Source of the DNA: Phycisphaerales bacterium
GTDB taxonomy: Bacteria; Planctomycetota; Phycisphaerae; Phycisphaerales; UBA1924
DNA: 64,000 nucleotides
Direction: 5' to 3'
Assembly: GCA_965227775.1 (NCBI GenBank)
Contig: OZ245777.1
Span: forward strand, 1,472,001-1,536,000
In this document: positions 11,996-20,610 of the stretch, piece after piece
Numbering within the stretch: the first letter of the stretch is position 1
How the letters are laid out: each line of letters opens with the position of its first letter
The notes under the pieces: model-generated
Told to the model about the DNA's origin: nothing
The model's input: only the letters and a program-made list of their open reading frames with translations
Databases searched by the model: none
Made by a program: the position numbers and the translations under genes

Positions 11996-12952
11996 ATGGA
12001 CATGATCGTTCATCCCGTGCTGGTGTTCGTCGCGCTTGCCATCTGCGGGGTAGGCGTGGCGCTCTCGGTGCCGCGTCGTCGGTTCCAGGCGAGCCTGGTC
12101 GGCGGCATCATCGCCGCCACGGGTGTGGGCATCCTGATCGTCGCCCTCGGTGCCGCTTCTCTTGCTGGAGAAGGGCCGCTGCCCAACCCGGCGTTCCACG
12201 TGCTGGCGATCATCGCGCTCGGCTCGTGCCTGCAGGTCATCACGCACCGACGACCCGTGTACGCAGCGCTCTACTTCATTCTCAGCATTCTCGCGACGGC
12301 GGGGCTCTACATCCTGCTCGCGGCCGAGTTCATGGCCTTCGCGCTGGTCATCATTTACGCCGGCGCGATCCTGATTACCTACCTGTTCGTCATCATGCTG
12401 GCCAGCCAGAGCCAGGTTGAGGGGCAGGAAGAGGGCCTGGCGGAGTACGACGCGATCGGCCGCGGCCCGATCACTGCGACGATCGCAAGCTTCGCTCTGC
12501 TCGCGACGCTGACGGCCATGCTGCTTACGGGTGTCAACCAGGTCTCGCCCCAGTCCGAGGCGGAGGCCGTGCAGGCACAGATCGCCGTGCTCGAGCGTCT
12601 TCCTGGCAAGGTCGAAAAGGAACTCGTGCTCGACGGCTTGATCGAGCGCGGCGACCGCGTGCGGGGCCTGACTGAGAACGGCGAGAGTGCGATTGTTGAG
12701 ACCGCCGGCGGCGGCACGCGGCAAGTTGTGCTGCCCGACTCGGTCGAACCGACGAATACCGAGGGGCTGGCGTTCAACCTGCTCGACGAGTATCCCGGAA
12801 CGATCGAGATCGCGGGCGTGATCCTGCTGATGGCCATGCTGGGCGCCGTCGTGCTCGCGCGCAAGTTCGCGCAAATCGACGAAGAAGCGAAGGCCGCCGC
12901 TGCGGCGGGCCTGGCCGATGGCGGCACGGGCGGGAGGCAGGCCGATGCTTGA
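11996..12952 (+). CDS. nuoJ: NADH-quinone oxidoreductase subunit J (extended)
   Basis: PVYAALYFILSILATAGLYILLAAEFMAFALVIIYAGAILITYLFVIML; C-terminal EIAGVILLMAMLGAVVLAR. Confidence 0.9.
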   Translation: MDMIVHPVLVFVALAICGVGVALSVPRRRFQASLVGGIIAATGVGILIVALGAASLAGEGPLPNPAFHVLAIIALGSCLQVITHRRPVYAALYFILSILATAGLYILLAAEFMAFALVIIYAGAILITYLFVIMLASQSQVEGQEEGLAEYDAIGRGPITATIASFALLATLTAMLLTGVNQVSPQSEAEAVQAQIAVLERLPGKVEKELVLDGLIERGDRVRGLTENGESAIVETAGGGTRQVVLPDSVEPTNTEGLAFNLLDEYPGTIEIAGVILLMAMLGAVVLARKFAQIDEEAKAAAAAGLADGGTGGRQADA

Positions 12953-13310
12953 TGTTCTCGCCCAGACGCAGTTGCTCGCACAGTCCGCCTTTCCGCAGGC
13001 CATGGGCGAGGGCGTGCTCGCACACTATCTGTTCGTTTCGGTCGCGATGTTCACCCTCGGGCTGGTGGGCTTCCTGACCCGCCGGAACCTGATCATCATG
13101 TTCCTGTGCACGGAGATGATGTTCCAAGCCGCGGGCATTGCTCTGATCGCGTTCAGCCGGTTCCACCTGAACTACGACGGCCAGACCTTTGTGATCTTCG
13201 TGCTCACGGTGGCGGCGGCCGAGGCGGCCCTCGCCCTCGCGCTGGTGGTCTTCCTGTTCCGCAAGCGTGACTCGCTGAGCGCCGAGGCGTGGACGGAGCT
13301 CAAGGGATGA
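12945..13310 (+). CDS. nuoK: NADH-quinone oxidoreductase subunit K
   Basis: GLVGFLTRRNLIIMFLCTEMM, GQTFVIFVLTVAAAEAALALA; start may instead be the ATG at about 13002. Confidence 0.93.
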   Translation: MLDVLAQTQLLAQSAFPQAMGEGVLAHYLFVSVAMFTLGLVGFLTRRNLIIMFLCTEMMFQAAGIALIAFSRFHLNYDGQTFVIFVLTVAAAEAALALALVVFLFRKRDSLSAEAWTELKG

Positions 13311-15637
13311 CGATGCTCTCGAGCCAACTGCCCTTGTCTTTCTCGACCATGCTGGCCGCGGCCGATGGGCCGCACCTGGTCACCGGCGACGCGCCCCAAT
13401 GGGTGGCGCTGATGCCGTGCCTTCCTCTGCTCGGCGCCGGGCTGTGCGTGCTGTTCGCCTGCCTGAACGTCAAGAGCAAGCTGCCGGGCTATGTCACGGT
13501 TGCCCTGCTTGCGGGCAGTTTCGTGACGGCCCTTGCTGCTTTCTTGGGAGGCCAGGAGAACTACGGCATCGCCACGATCTTCCGCTGGATCCACGCCAGC
13601 ATCGGGGCCGACACCAACACGAGCATTATCGCGAACTTCGCGTTCTACATGGACGGCTTGTCCATGCTGTGGATGCTGTTCGTGAGCGGGCTGGCGACCG
13701 TGATCGGCCTGTACTCGACCGAGTACGTCGAGCATGACAAGGGGCTCGGATACTGCCGTTTCTTCTTCGCGTTCAACTTGTTCGTGTTCAGCATGTCGTG
13801 CCTGGTCATGGCCGACAACCTGCTGCTGCTGTTCCTGGGCTGGGAAGGCGTGGGCCTGTGCAGCTACCTGCTGATCGGGTACTTCTACAAGAAGCCCGAG
13901 GCGGTGGCAGCGGCCAAGAAGGCCTTCATCATCAACCGCATCGGCGACCTTGGCCTGCTCATGGCCATCGGTGCGACGTTCGTTGTCTTCGGCACGCTCG
14001 AGTTCGACAAGCTGTTCGCGATGGTTGCCGAGGGCGTCGACGCCAACGGCGAGGCGATCGGCCACACGTGGGTGGTGGTGGTCATTCCGCTGCTGCTCAC
14101 GGCGGGCGCGTTTGGCAAGAGTGCCCAGCTGTTCTTCTACGTCTGGTTGCCCGACGCGATGGAGGGCCCGACTCCTGTGTCGGCGCTCATCCACGCCGCG
14201 ACGATGGTGACGGCGGGCGTGTACCTCATCGCTCGCATGTATCCGCTCTACGCGGCCGATGATGCCATGATCGCCCTCACGGTTGTCGCCTGGGCGGGTG
14301 CGATCACGGCGTTCTGGGCGGCGACGATCGAGTTCGCCCAGTACGACATCAAGCGGATCATGGGCTACAGCACGATCAGCCAGCTGGGCTTCATGTTCGC
14401 CGGACTGGGCCTGCTTGGCACGACCGGTGCCGTCTTCCACGTGTTCACCCACGCGTTCTTCAAGGCCACGCTCTTCTTGTGCTGCGGCGCCGTCATGCAC
14501 GGCTTCGGCGGCCAGCTCAGCCTGCGGCGGCTCTCGGGCGTCATGTGGATGAAGGGCTTCGGCATCACGGGCGCGTGCATGTTCATCGGATGCCTGAGCC
14601 TGAGCGGCGTGCCGTTCACGGCCGGGTACTTCTCGAAGGACATGATCTTGGCCCAGGCCTTCGCGACGCCCAACGAGATGATCGGTGGGGCCTACTTCAT
14701 CGGCCTGCTCTTGCTGCTGACCGCCGCGATGACGGCGTACTACACATTCCGTGTGTTCTTCCGGGTGTTCGTTGGACCTAAGCACTTTGAGCCCGGCGAA
14801 GACGACCATGGCGATGATCACGGTGACGACCACGGGCACGACGCCCATGCCCACCACGCGGCCGAGGACGAAGAAGCCGGCGACGCCCTGCACACGGGCT
14901 TCCACCCGCACGCACCCGGCTGGGCGATGAACGGCGCGATGGCCATCCTGGCCGCGGGCACCATTCTGGTCGCAAGCCTGTACTTCGTGAACAAGAAGGA
15001 AGACCACGGCTGGGCCGGCACGATGGTCAAGTATTCCACGGCGGCGTACCCCTCGCCCGGCCTCTCGCATAGCGATAAGAAGTCTGACGTGGGTGGCACC
15101 GCTGCGGAACCGAGCTCGACGCCGTCTGCGGGTGAGGCTCATGGTGACGATCACGGAGACGACCACAGCGCCGCGCACGCCGAAGCTGGCACGCTGCTGG
15201 GGCAGGACCCTTTCAAGATCATGTACTACGTCTCGGCCGGGCTTGGCCTGATCGGCATTCTCGCCGCTGCGTGGTTCCATGGGCCGAATGGTGCGTGGAG
15301 CCTTGGGCTTGGGAATCGCGAGACGCCCAGCAAAGTGCGCATGGACGCGGTTGCGGCGCGGTTCGGCCCGATCCCCAAGTGGGCGGAGAACAAGTGGTAC
15401 GTCGACGAGCTGTACCACATCGCGATCGTCAAGCCGTTGCTCGTGTTCAGCCACGTGTTCCACGCGTTCGACAAGCTCGTGATCGACGGCCTAGTCGATC
15501 TCATGGGTTCGCTGCCGAGGTGGCTGGGCACGCTGCTGCGTCCCTCGCAGGATGGCGTGATGCACGGCTATGCGACCGGCATGGTGGCCGGGTCGGCGGT
15601 GCTCCTGGCGCTGGTCGTCCTGGTGGCGTTGCTGTGA
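13307..15637 (+). CDS. nuoL: NADH-quinone oxidoreductase subunit L
   Basis: GWEGVGLCSYLLIG, KAFIINRIGD, GKSAQ..FYVWLPDAMEGPTPVSALIHAATMV, HAFFKATLFL, FSKD; ATGA overlap with nuoK. Confidence 0.95.
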   Translation: MTMLSSQLPLSFSTMLAAADGPHLVTGDAPQWVALMPCLPLLGAGLCVLFACLNVKSKLPGYVTVALLAGSFVTALAAFLGGQENYGIATIFRWIHASIGADTNTSIIANFAFYMDGLSMLWMLFVSGLATVIGLYSTEYVEHDKGLGYCRFFFAFNLFVFSMSCLVMADNLLLLFLGWEGVGLCSYLLIGYFYKKPEAVAAAKKAFIINRIGDLGLLMAIGATFVVFGTLEFDKLFAMVAEGVDANGEAIGHTWVVVVIPLLLTAGAFGKSAQLFFYVWLPDAMEGPTPVSALIHAATMVTAGVYLIARMYPLYAADDAMIALTVVAWAGAITAFWAATIEFAQYDIKRIMGYSTISQLGFMFAGLGLLGTTGAVFHVFTHAFFKATLFLCCGAVMHGFGGQLSLRRLSGVMWMKGFGITGACMFIGCLSLSGVPFTAGYFSKDMILAQAFATPNEMIGGAYFIGLLLLLTAAMTAYYTFRVFFRVFVGPKHFEPGEDDHGDDHGDDHGHDAHAHHAAEDEEAGDALHTGFHPHAPGWAMNGAMAILAAGTILVASLYFVNKKEDHGWAGTMVKYSTAAYPSPGLSHSDKKSDVGGTAAEPSSTPSAGEAHGDDHGDDHSAAHAEAGTLLGQDPFKIMYYVSAGLGLIGILAAAWFHGPNGAWSLGLGNRETPSKVRMDAVAARFGPIPKWAENKWYVDELYHIAIVKPLLVFSHVFHAFDKLVIDGLVDLMGSLPRWLGTLLRPSQDGVMHGYATGMVAGSAVLLALVVLVALL

Positions 15638-15655
15638 TGAAGGGGACTGCCTGAC

Positions 15656-17311
15656 GTGAGCCTGCTCTACCTGCTCATCCTGATGCCCCTGCTCTTCGCG
15701 GTGCTCATCGCGCTCGCGCCGTCGAAGCAAGCGCGAGCGATCGCGGCCATCGGGTCGCTGGTGCCCATTGGGCCGATGCTGGTGGCGCTGTGGAAGTTCG
15801 ACTGGACCCGCGGCGGTGAGTTCCAGTTCGTTGGTAGCTACGACTGGATCGCCGACATGGGCCTGCGCGTTGGCGTGGGCGTTGATAGCGTCTCGCTGCT
15901 GCTGATCACGCTGACCGTGCTGCTGGGGCCGATTTGCGTCTTTGGCAGCTTCTCGGCGGTCAAGGACAATCCGAAGGTCTTCTACGGCTGGCTGACCGGC
16001 CTGCAGGCGGCGATGGTGGGCGTGTTCGCCGCCACTGACCTCTTGGTCTTCTACGTGTGCTTCGAATTCACGCTGCTGCCCTTGTACGTGCTGATCAACC
16101 TTTACGGCTCGAGCAATCGCAAGCGGGCGGCGACGAAGTTCTTCCTCTACACCTTCACAGGCTCGATCATCGCGCTGGCGGGCCTCGTGTATGTCGTCTT
16201 CCATCACCGCAGCCTCGAGGGCGTGTGGACGTTCGACATCCCCACGCTCGCGACGACGGCGATGCAGATGCCCGTCGGGGCCCAGGCCCTTGTACTGCTG
16301 GCGCTCATGCTTGGTTTCGCGGTGAAGGTTCCACTGTTCCCGGTGCACACGTGGCTGCCGCTGGCGCACACCGAGGCGCCCACGGCCGGCTCGGTCATCC
16401 TGGCCGGCGTGCTGCTGAAGCTGGGCACCTACGGCATCTACCGATTCGCGCTGGGCTTCGTGCCCGAAGCGGTCATCGCGTACGCGCCGCTCATCGCGGT
16501 CTTGAGCATCATCGGCATCATCTACGCCGGCCTGATTTGCTGGGTGCAGAAGGATGTCAAGAAGCTCGTTGCCTACTCGTCGGTGAGCCACCTGGGCTTC
16601 TGCGTGCTGGGGCTCGTGGCGCTCAACAACATCGGGCTGACCGGTTCGGTGCTCTACATGATCAACCACGGCCTGTCGACAGGCGCGTTGTTCCTGTGCA
16701 TCGGCATGGTCTATGAGCGCTTCCACACCCGCTCGATGGACGAGCTGGGCGGCCTGGCGAGCACGATGCCGATCTGGTCGTCGTTCATGGTCTTCTTCGT
16801 CATGGCGTCGGTGGGCCTGCCCGGGCTGAATGGCTTCGTCAGCGAGTTCATGTGCATCATCGGCACGTTCCAGAGCTCGCCAGCCTGGGTGCTCGAGGGC
16901 CGGGCCGGCGCCGCTGGCGGTTCGCTCGGCCCGTGGTTTGCGTTCGCTGCCGGCTTTGGCGTGATCGTCGCGGCGATGTACCTGCTCTACATGACCGGTC
17001 GCGTGGTGTGGGGCACCGCCAGGCAGCCCGCGGGCCACGACGACGAGCACTCCGAGCTTCCGAAGGACCTCAACGCTCGCGAGATCAGCCTGCTCACCGT
17101 GCTTGCGGTTGGGTGCCTGGGCCTGGGTGTGTACCCGACGCCGGTAATCGAGGCCATCGAGCCCTCGGTCGAGCGGACGCTTGCGCCCTACCAGGTCTTG
17201 CTGAACGATCGCGCGGCCGAGTTGGGTTTGCAGCGCGAAGCCGAAGACTCGCTGATTCGCGTGCCCGACGACGCGACGCCGCCCGCCGAAACGCCAGAAG
17301 GGGGGCAGTGA
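15656..17311 (+). CDS. nuoM: NADH-quinone oxidoreductase subunit M
   Basis: FAVKVPLFPVHTWLPLAHTEAPTAGSVILAGVLLKLGTYG, KKLVAYSSVSHLG, GLPGLNGFVSEF. Confidence 0.95.
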   Translation: MSLLYLLILMPLLFAVLIALAPSKQARAIAAIGSLVPIGPMLVALWKFDWTRGGEFQFVGSYDWIADMGLRVGVGVDSVSLLLITLTVLLGPICVFGSFSAVKDNPKVFYGWLTGLQAAMVGVFAATDLLVFYVCFEFTLLPLYVLINLYGSSNRKRAATKFFLYTFTGSIIALAGLVYVVFHHRSLEGVWTFDIPTLATTAMQMPVGAQALVLLALMLGFAVKVPLFPVHTWLPLAHTEAPTAGSVILAGVLLKLGTYGIYRFALGFVPEAVIAYAPLIAVLSIIGIIYAGLICWVQKDVKKLVAYSSVSHLGFCVLGLVALNNIGLTGSVLYMINHGLSTGALFLCIGMVYERFHTRSMDELGGLASTMPIWSSFMVFFVMASVGLPGLNGFVSEFMCIIGTFQSSPAWVLEGRAGAAGGSLGPWFAFAAGFGVIVAAMYLLYMTGRVVWGTARQPAGHDDEHSELPKDLNAREISLLTVLAVGCLGLGVYPTPVIEAIEPSVERTLAPYQVLLNDRAAELGLQREAEDSLIRVPDDATPPAETPEGGQ

Positions 17312-17317
17312 TCACCC

Positions 17318-18937
17318 ATGGCTGAGAAAATCGCCCTCATCTGGCCCGAGATCACGCTGTTCATCACGACCTGCGTGGTGATGATCCTGGGCTTGTCGCC
17401 CAACAAGCAATGGCGCTCGCTGTGCCTGCCGGCGTCATTGGCCGGTGTTGCCGTCGCGGGCCTGCTCGCGGCGATCGACATGTCGGGCCCGCCGCAAGGC
17501 GACACCATGCTGCCCAACATGCCGGCCTTCGTCAAGGTCGTTGTGGCGGTGGTGGGGCTCATGCTCATCCTGCTGCAGAGCGGCCTGATCGATCGCCGCG
17601 AAGAGGCGCTCGTCGCAGCCGGCCGGACGTTCAGCCCGCTTCGTACGAATCGTGCGGAGTACTTCTCGCTGGTGCTGTTCTCGTTGACCGGCCTCATGCT
17701 GTGCGCGTCGGCGGGCGACCTCATCTGGCTATTCCTCGCCCTCGAGCTCACGAGCCTGCCGACCTATGTGATGGTCGCGATGAGCAGCTCACGCGGCCGG
17801 GCCCAAGAGGCGGGCGTCAAGTACTTCTACCTCGGTGCCCTCGGCGCAGCGACGTTCCTCTATGGGTTCGTCATGCTCTATGGCGGCACGGGTACGCTCA
17901 AGCTCGGACCCATGGCGGAGATCATCGCCACCGAGGGCATCAACAACATCACCATGATCGGCCTGCTGCTTTCGATCGCGGGCTTGGCATTCAAGATCGC
18001 CGCGGTGCCGATGCACTTTTACACGGCCGACGTGTACCAAGGCGCTGCGGCCCCGGTGTCTGCGTTCCTGGCGTTCGTGCCCAAGACGGCCGGATTCATT
18101 GGCCTCCTGCTCATCTGCTCGGTCGTCGGCTGGTCGGCCGGCTCGGGCGGCGAGGGCCTGCCCGAGGCCGTCCGCGTCATGCTCTGGGTAATGGCCGCCG
18201 TGACGATGACCGTCGGCAACGTGCTGGCCATCCTGCAGAACTCGGTAAAGCGGATGCTGGCGTATTCGTCCATCGCCCACTCGGGCTACATGCTCGTGGG
18301 CGTGCTCGCGGGTCCGGGCGACGGCACATTCGCGGCCAGCGGCGTGTCGGCGGTGCTGTTCTACCTCGCCGCGTACGGCGTGACCAACACCGGCGCGTTC
18401 GCGGTCATCGCCTGCCTCGAGAAGCGTGCCGCCGATCGCGGCGAGCCCATGGAGGTCGAGGACTTCGACGACCTTCGCGGCCTCTGGCGTCGCGAGCCAG
18501 CGCTCGGCGTGGTGCTGGCGATCGTCTCGCTCAGCCTGCTGGGCTTCCCGCCGCTGCTTGGGTTCATGGCCAAGCTGCCACTCTTTACCGCGGGCGTTGC
18601 GGCCGGCGAGATCGCCCTTGTCGTCATCCTGGGCGTCAACTCCGCGATCGCCGCGTTCTACTACCTGCGTCTGGTCAAGGCGGCGATGATCGACGATGCC
18701 AAGGGCACGGCTGATTCGCCCGATCGTCCGGAGCACCATCCGGCGTACGGCCTGCGGTTCGCGACTGGCGCCATCTCGGCGGTGGGGGTCGTGGGCCTGG
18801 CGATCCTGGCTGGGCAACTGGCCATCAGCGCGACCAATGCCTCGATCTATGCCGACCCGATGTCGGTCGAGCAGATGGAAGGCCCGATCACGGTGCAGGA
18901 AGAGCGCGAGCCAAAGGCCAGCGCCCCGAGCGTGTAG
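17318..18937 (+). CDS. nuoN: NADH-quinone oxidoreductase subunit N
   Basis: EAGVKYFYLG, FKIAAVPMHFYTADVYQGA, KRMLAYSSIAHSGY, SLLGFPPLLGFMAK, FYYLR. Confidence 0.95.
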   Translation: MAEKIALIWPEITLFITTCVVMILGLSPNKQWRSLCLPASLAGVAVAGLLAAIDMSGPPQGDTMLPNMPAFVKVVVAVVGLMLILLQSGLIDRREEALVAAGRTFSPLRTNRAEYFSLVLFSLTGLMLCASAGDLIWLFLALELTSLPTYVMVAMSSSRGRAQEAGVKYFYLGALGAATFLYGFVMLYGGTGTLKLGPMAEIIATEGINNITMIGLLLSIAGLAFKIAAVPMHFYTADVYQGAAAPVSAFLAFVPKTAGFIGLLLICSVVGWSAGSGGEGLPEAVRVMLWVMAAVTMTVGNVLAILQNSVKRMLAYSSIAHSGYMLVGVLAGPGDGTFAASGVSAVLFYLAAYGVTNTGAFAVIACLEKRAADRGEPMEVEDFDDLRGLWRREPALGVVLAIVSLSLLGFPPLLGFMAKLPLFTAGVAAGEIALVVILGVNSAIAAFYYLRLVKAAMIDDAKGTADSPDRPEHHPAYGLRFATGAISAVGVVGLAILAGQLAISATNASIYADPMSVEQMEGPITVQEEREPKASAPSV

Positions 18938-18961
18938 TTCACATCGATCAAGGCAACCGGT

Positions 18962-19831
18962 TCAGCTCTCGGCGACCTTGCGCACGACGAGCCGCTGAAT
19001 TCCCAGGCCAACCACGCCCAGCACGAGCCACGCGAATAGCCAAGCCTGCGTGGGCGTCTCCTCGATCGGCAATGGCGTGCCCATGGCAGCCTGGATCTGG
19101 ACGGCACCGAGCGGCCAGATCGCCGCGCCCATGAACGCCGTCGTCGCGCTCGCGACGCGAGACGGCCAGATGGCCCCAAACATCGCACCAAGCAAGCCCG
19201 CCGCGAGGATGCCAATGGCGGCGTGGCCCTGGTGCTCGTCGGGCACACGATCCCAAGCCTGCGTTGCCTGGTCTGCGATTGCACTCGAGCTGACCGAAGT
19301 TGCGCCTGCCTGAGGCATCGCGGCCGGGCCGATCGAGAGTTCCGTTGGGTTTCCGAACGAGACGGGTTGCGCCACGACCGTTTGAACAGGCGGCTGCGGG
19401 GCCAATGCACTCTGATCCACAGGCAAATGGGGTGTCGCAAGCACGGCGATGCAAGCCGCCGCGGCTGCGGCGGTCACACCAGCGGCTGCCGACACAACCA
19501 GTCGCATTGCGACCAACGCGATCACAACGCCGAGCCCGGCGCCGCCGGCGGCGGCGATGAGCGATCCGGGGAGTCCGGCAACGTCCGGAATGGCGACGTG
19601 GTTCGCAAGCGTGAAGCCCGCGCACAGCCCCGCGGTGCCGCCGGCCGCAGCGAACGCCAGGCTGACGGCGCGAGCCCCCGCGGCCCAGAGCATCATGCCG
19701 ACGACGATGGCGATGCCCGCGATGAGCGTGGCATCACCCGAGCCGCTCGCTTGGATCAGGCGATCGACCAGTCCTTCGGCTTGTCCGACTCCGGCGAGCA
19801 CTCGCTGCCTCCCTCTGCCCGTACGTCCCAT
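18962..19831 (-). CDS. Multi-pass membrane protein, possibly DUF4203/TMEM198-like
   Basis: About 6-7 Ala/Gly-rich hydrophobic segments; converges on nuoN; family assignment by pattern only; start uncertain. Confidence 0.6.
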   Translation of the reverse strand: MGRTGRGRQRVLAGVGQAEGLVDRLIQASGSGDATLIAGIAIVVGMMLWAAGARAVSLAFAAAGGTAGLCAGFTLANHVAIPDVAGLPGSLIAAAGGAGLGVVIALVAMRLVVSAAAGVTAAAAAACIAVLATPHLPVDQSALAPQPPVQTVVAQPVSFGNPTELSIGPAAMPQAGATSVSSSAIADQATQAWDRVPDEHQGHAAIGILAAGLLGAMFGAIWPSRVASATTAFMGAAIWPLGAVQIQAAMGTPLPIEETPTQAWLFAWLVLGVVGLGIQRLVVRKVAES

Positions 19832-20610
19832 AAAGAAGCCGTACGACTCCCCTCAGGATACGCGTCGTCTGCAGGGCTAGATCGGTGGGTGAACGAAATG
19901 TCACCGGCCGATTGCCGGCCGGCTCGACGAAGGCTGTCGGCTGGCGCGGCTCGTCCGGTTGTCCTTTGATGCGTTGCGGATATCGGTCGGCTGCAACCGG
20001 CTCGGTGCGGAAGGCGTAAAAGAAAGCGAAGAGCCCGGGCCGGCACGCGCTAGCCCCCTCGATCGGGCCGCCGACCCCCGCTCGTCGGCAGCACGGCCTC
20101 GTCGAGACACGCCGCGGAGAGCCGGGTGCGACGAGCACCCAACCGCGAGCACGAGGGCCAACAGGTTTGTTCGGATTGTGCTGGGAACGGGCGGCTGCCT
20201 GATTCCTGCGAAGCCCGGAGGCCGCATGCGCCGCGAGTCGGACAATGACCAGTTGCCGAGCGACGCGCTGGCGGTTGGTGTGGCCGCCGGGCTGAGAAGC
20301 GGCCTAGCCTCGCTCGAAGTCGTCTGATATGCTTGACGGCTTTGGCCCGCGGTAGGATGCGACGCGGCCGAGCTTGGGATGGACCCCACCGCATCCGATT
20401 CGCAAGGCGCCAGGCACGGTGCCACGCCTTGCCCTGGCCCTCCCGGCCCTGGGAGCGGCCCGCCGCGTCGCCTGCGGGCGATGGCAGCACTCGTTCGTTC
20501 CACCCCGGAGCGTGCGAACAACGCCGGCCACAAGCCCACCCAGGCCGGCCAGGAAGCCCCGACGAAACCACCGCGTGTTGCGGTGTTGCAACAGCTAGCG
20601 AGGAGCGGTC

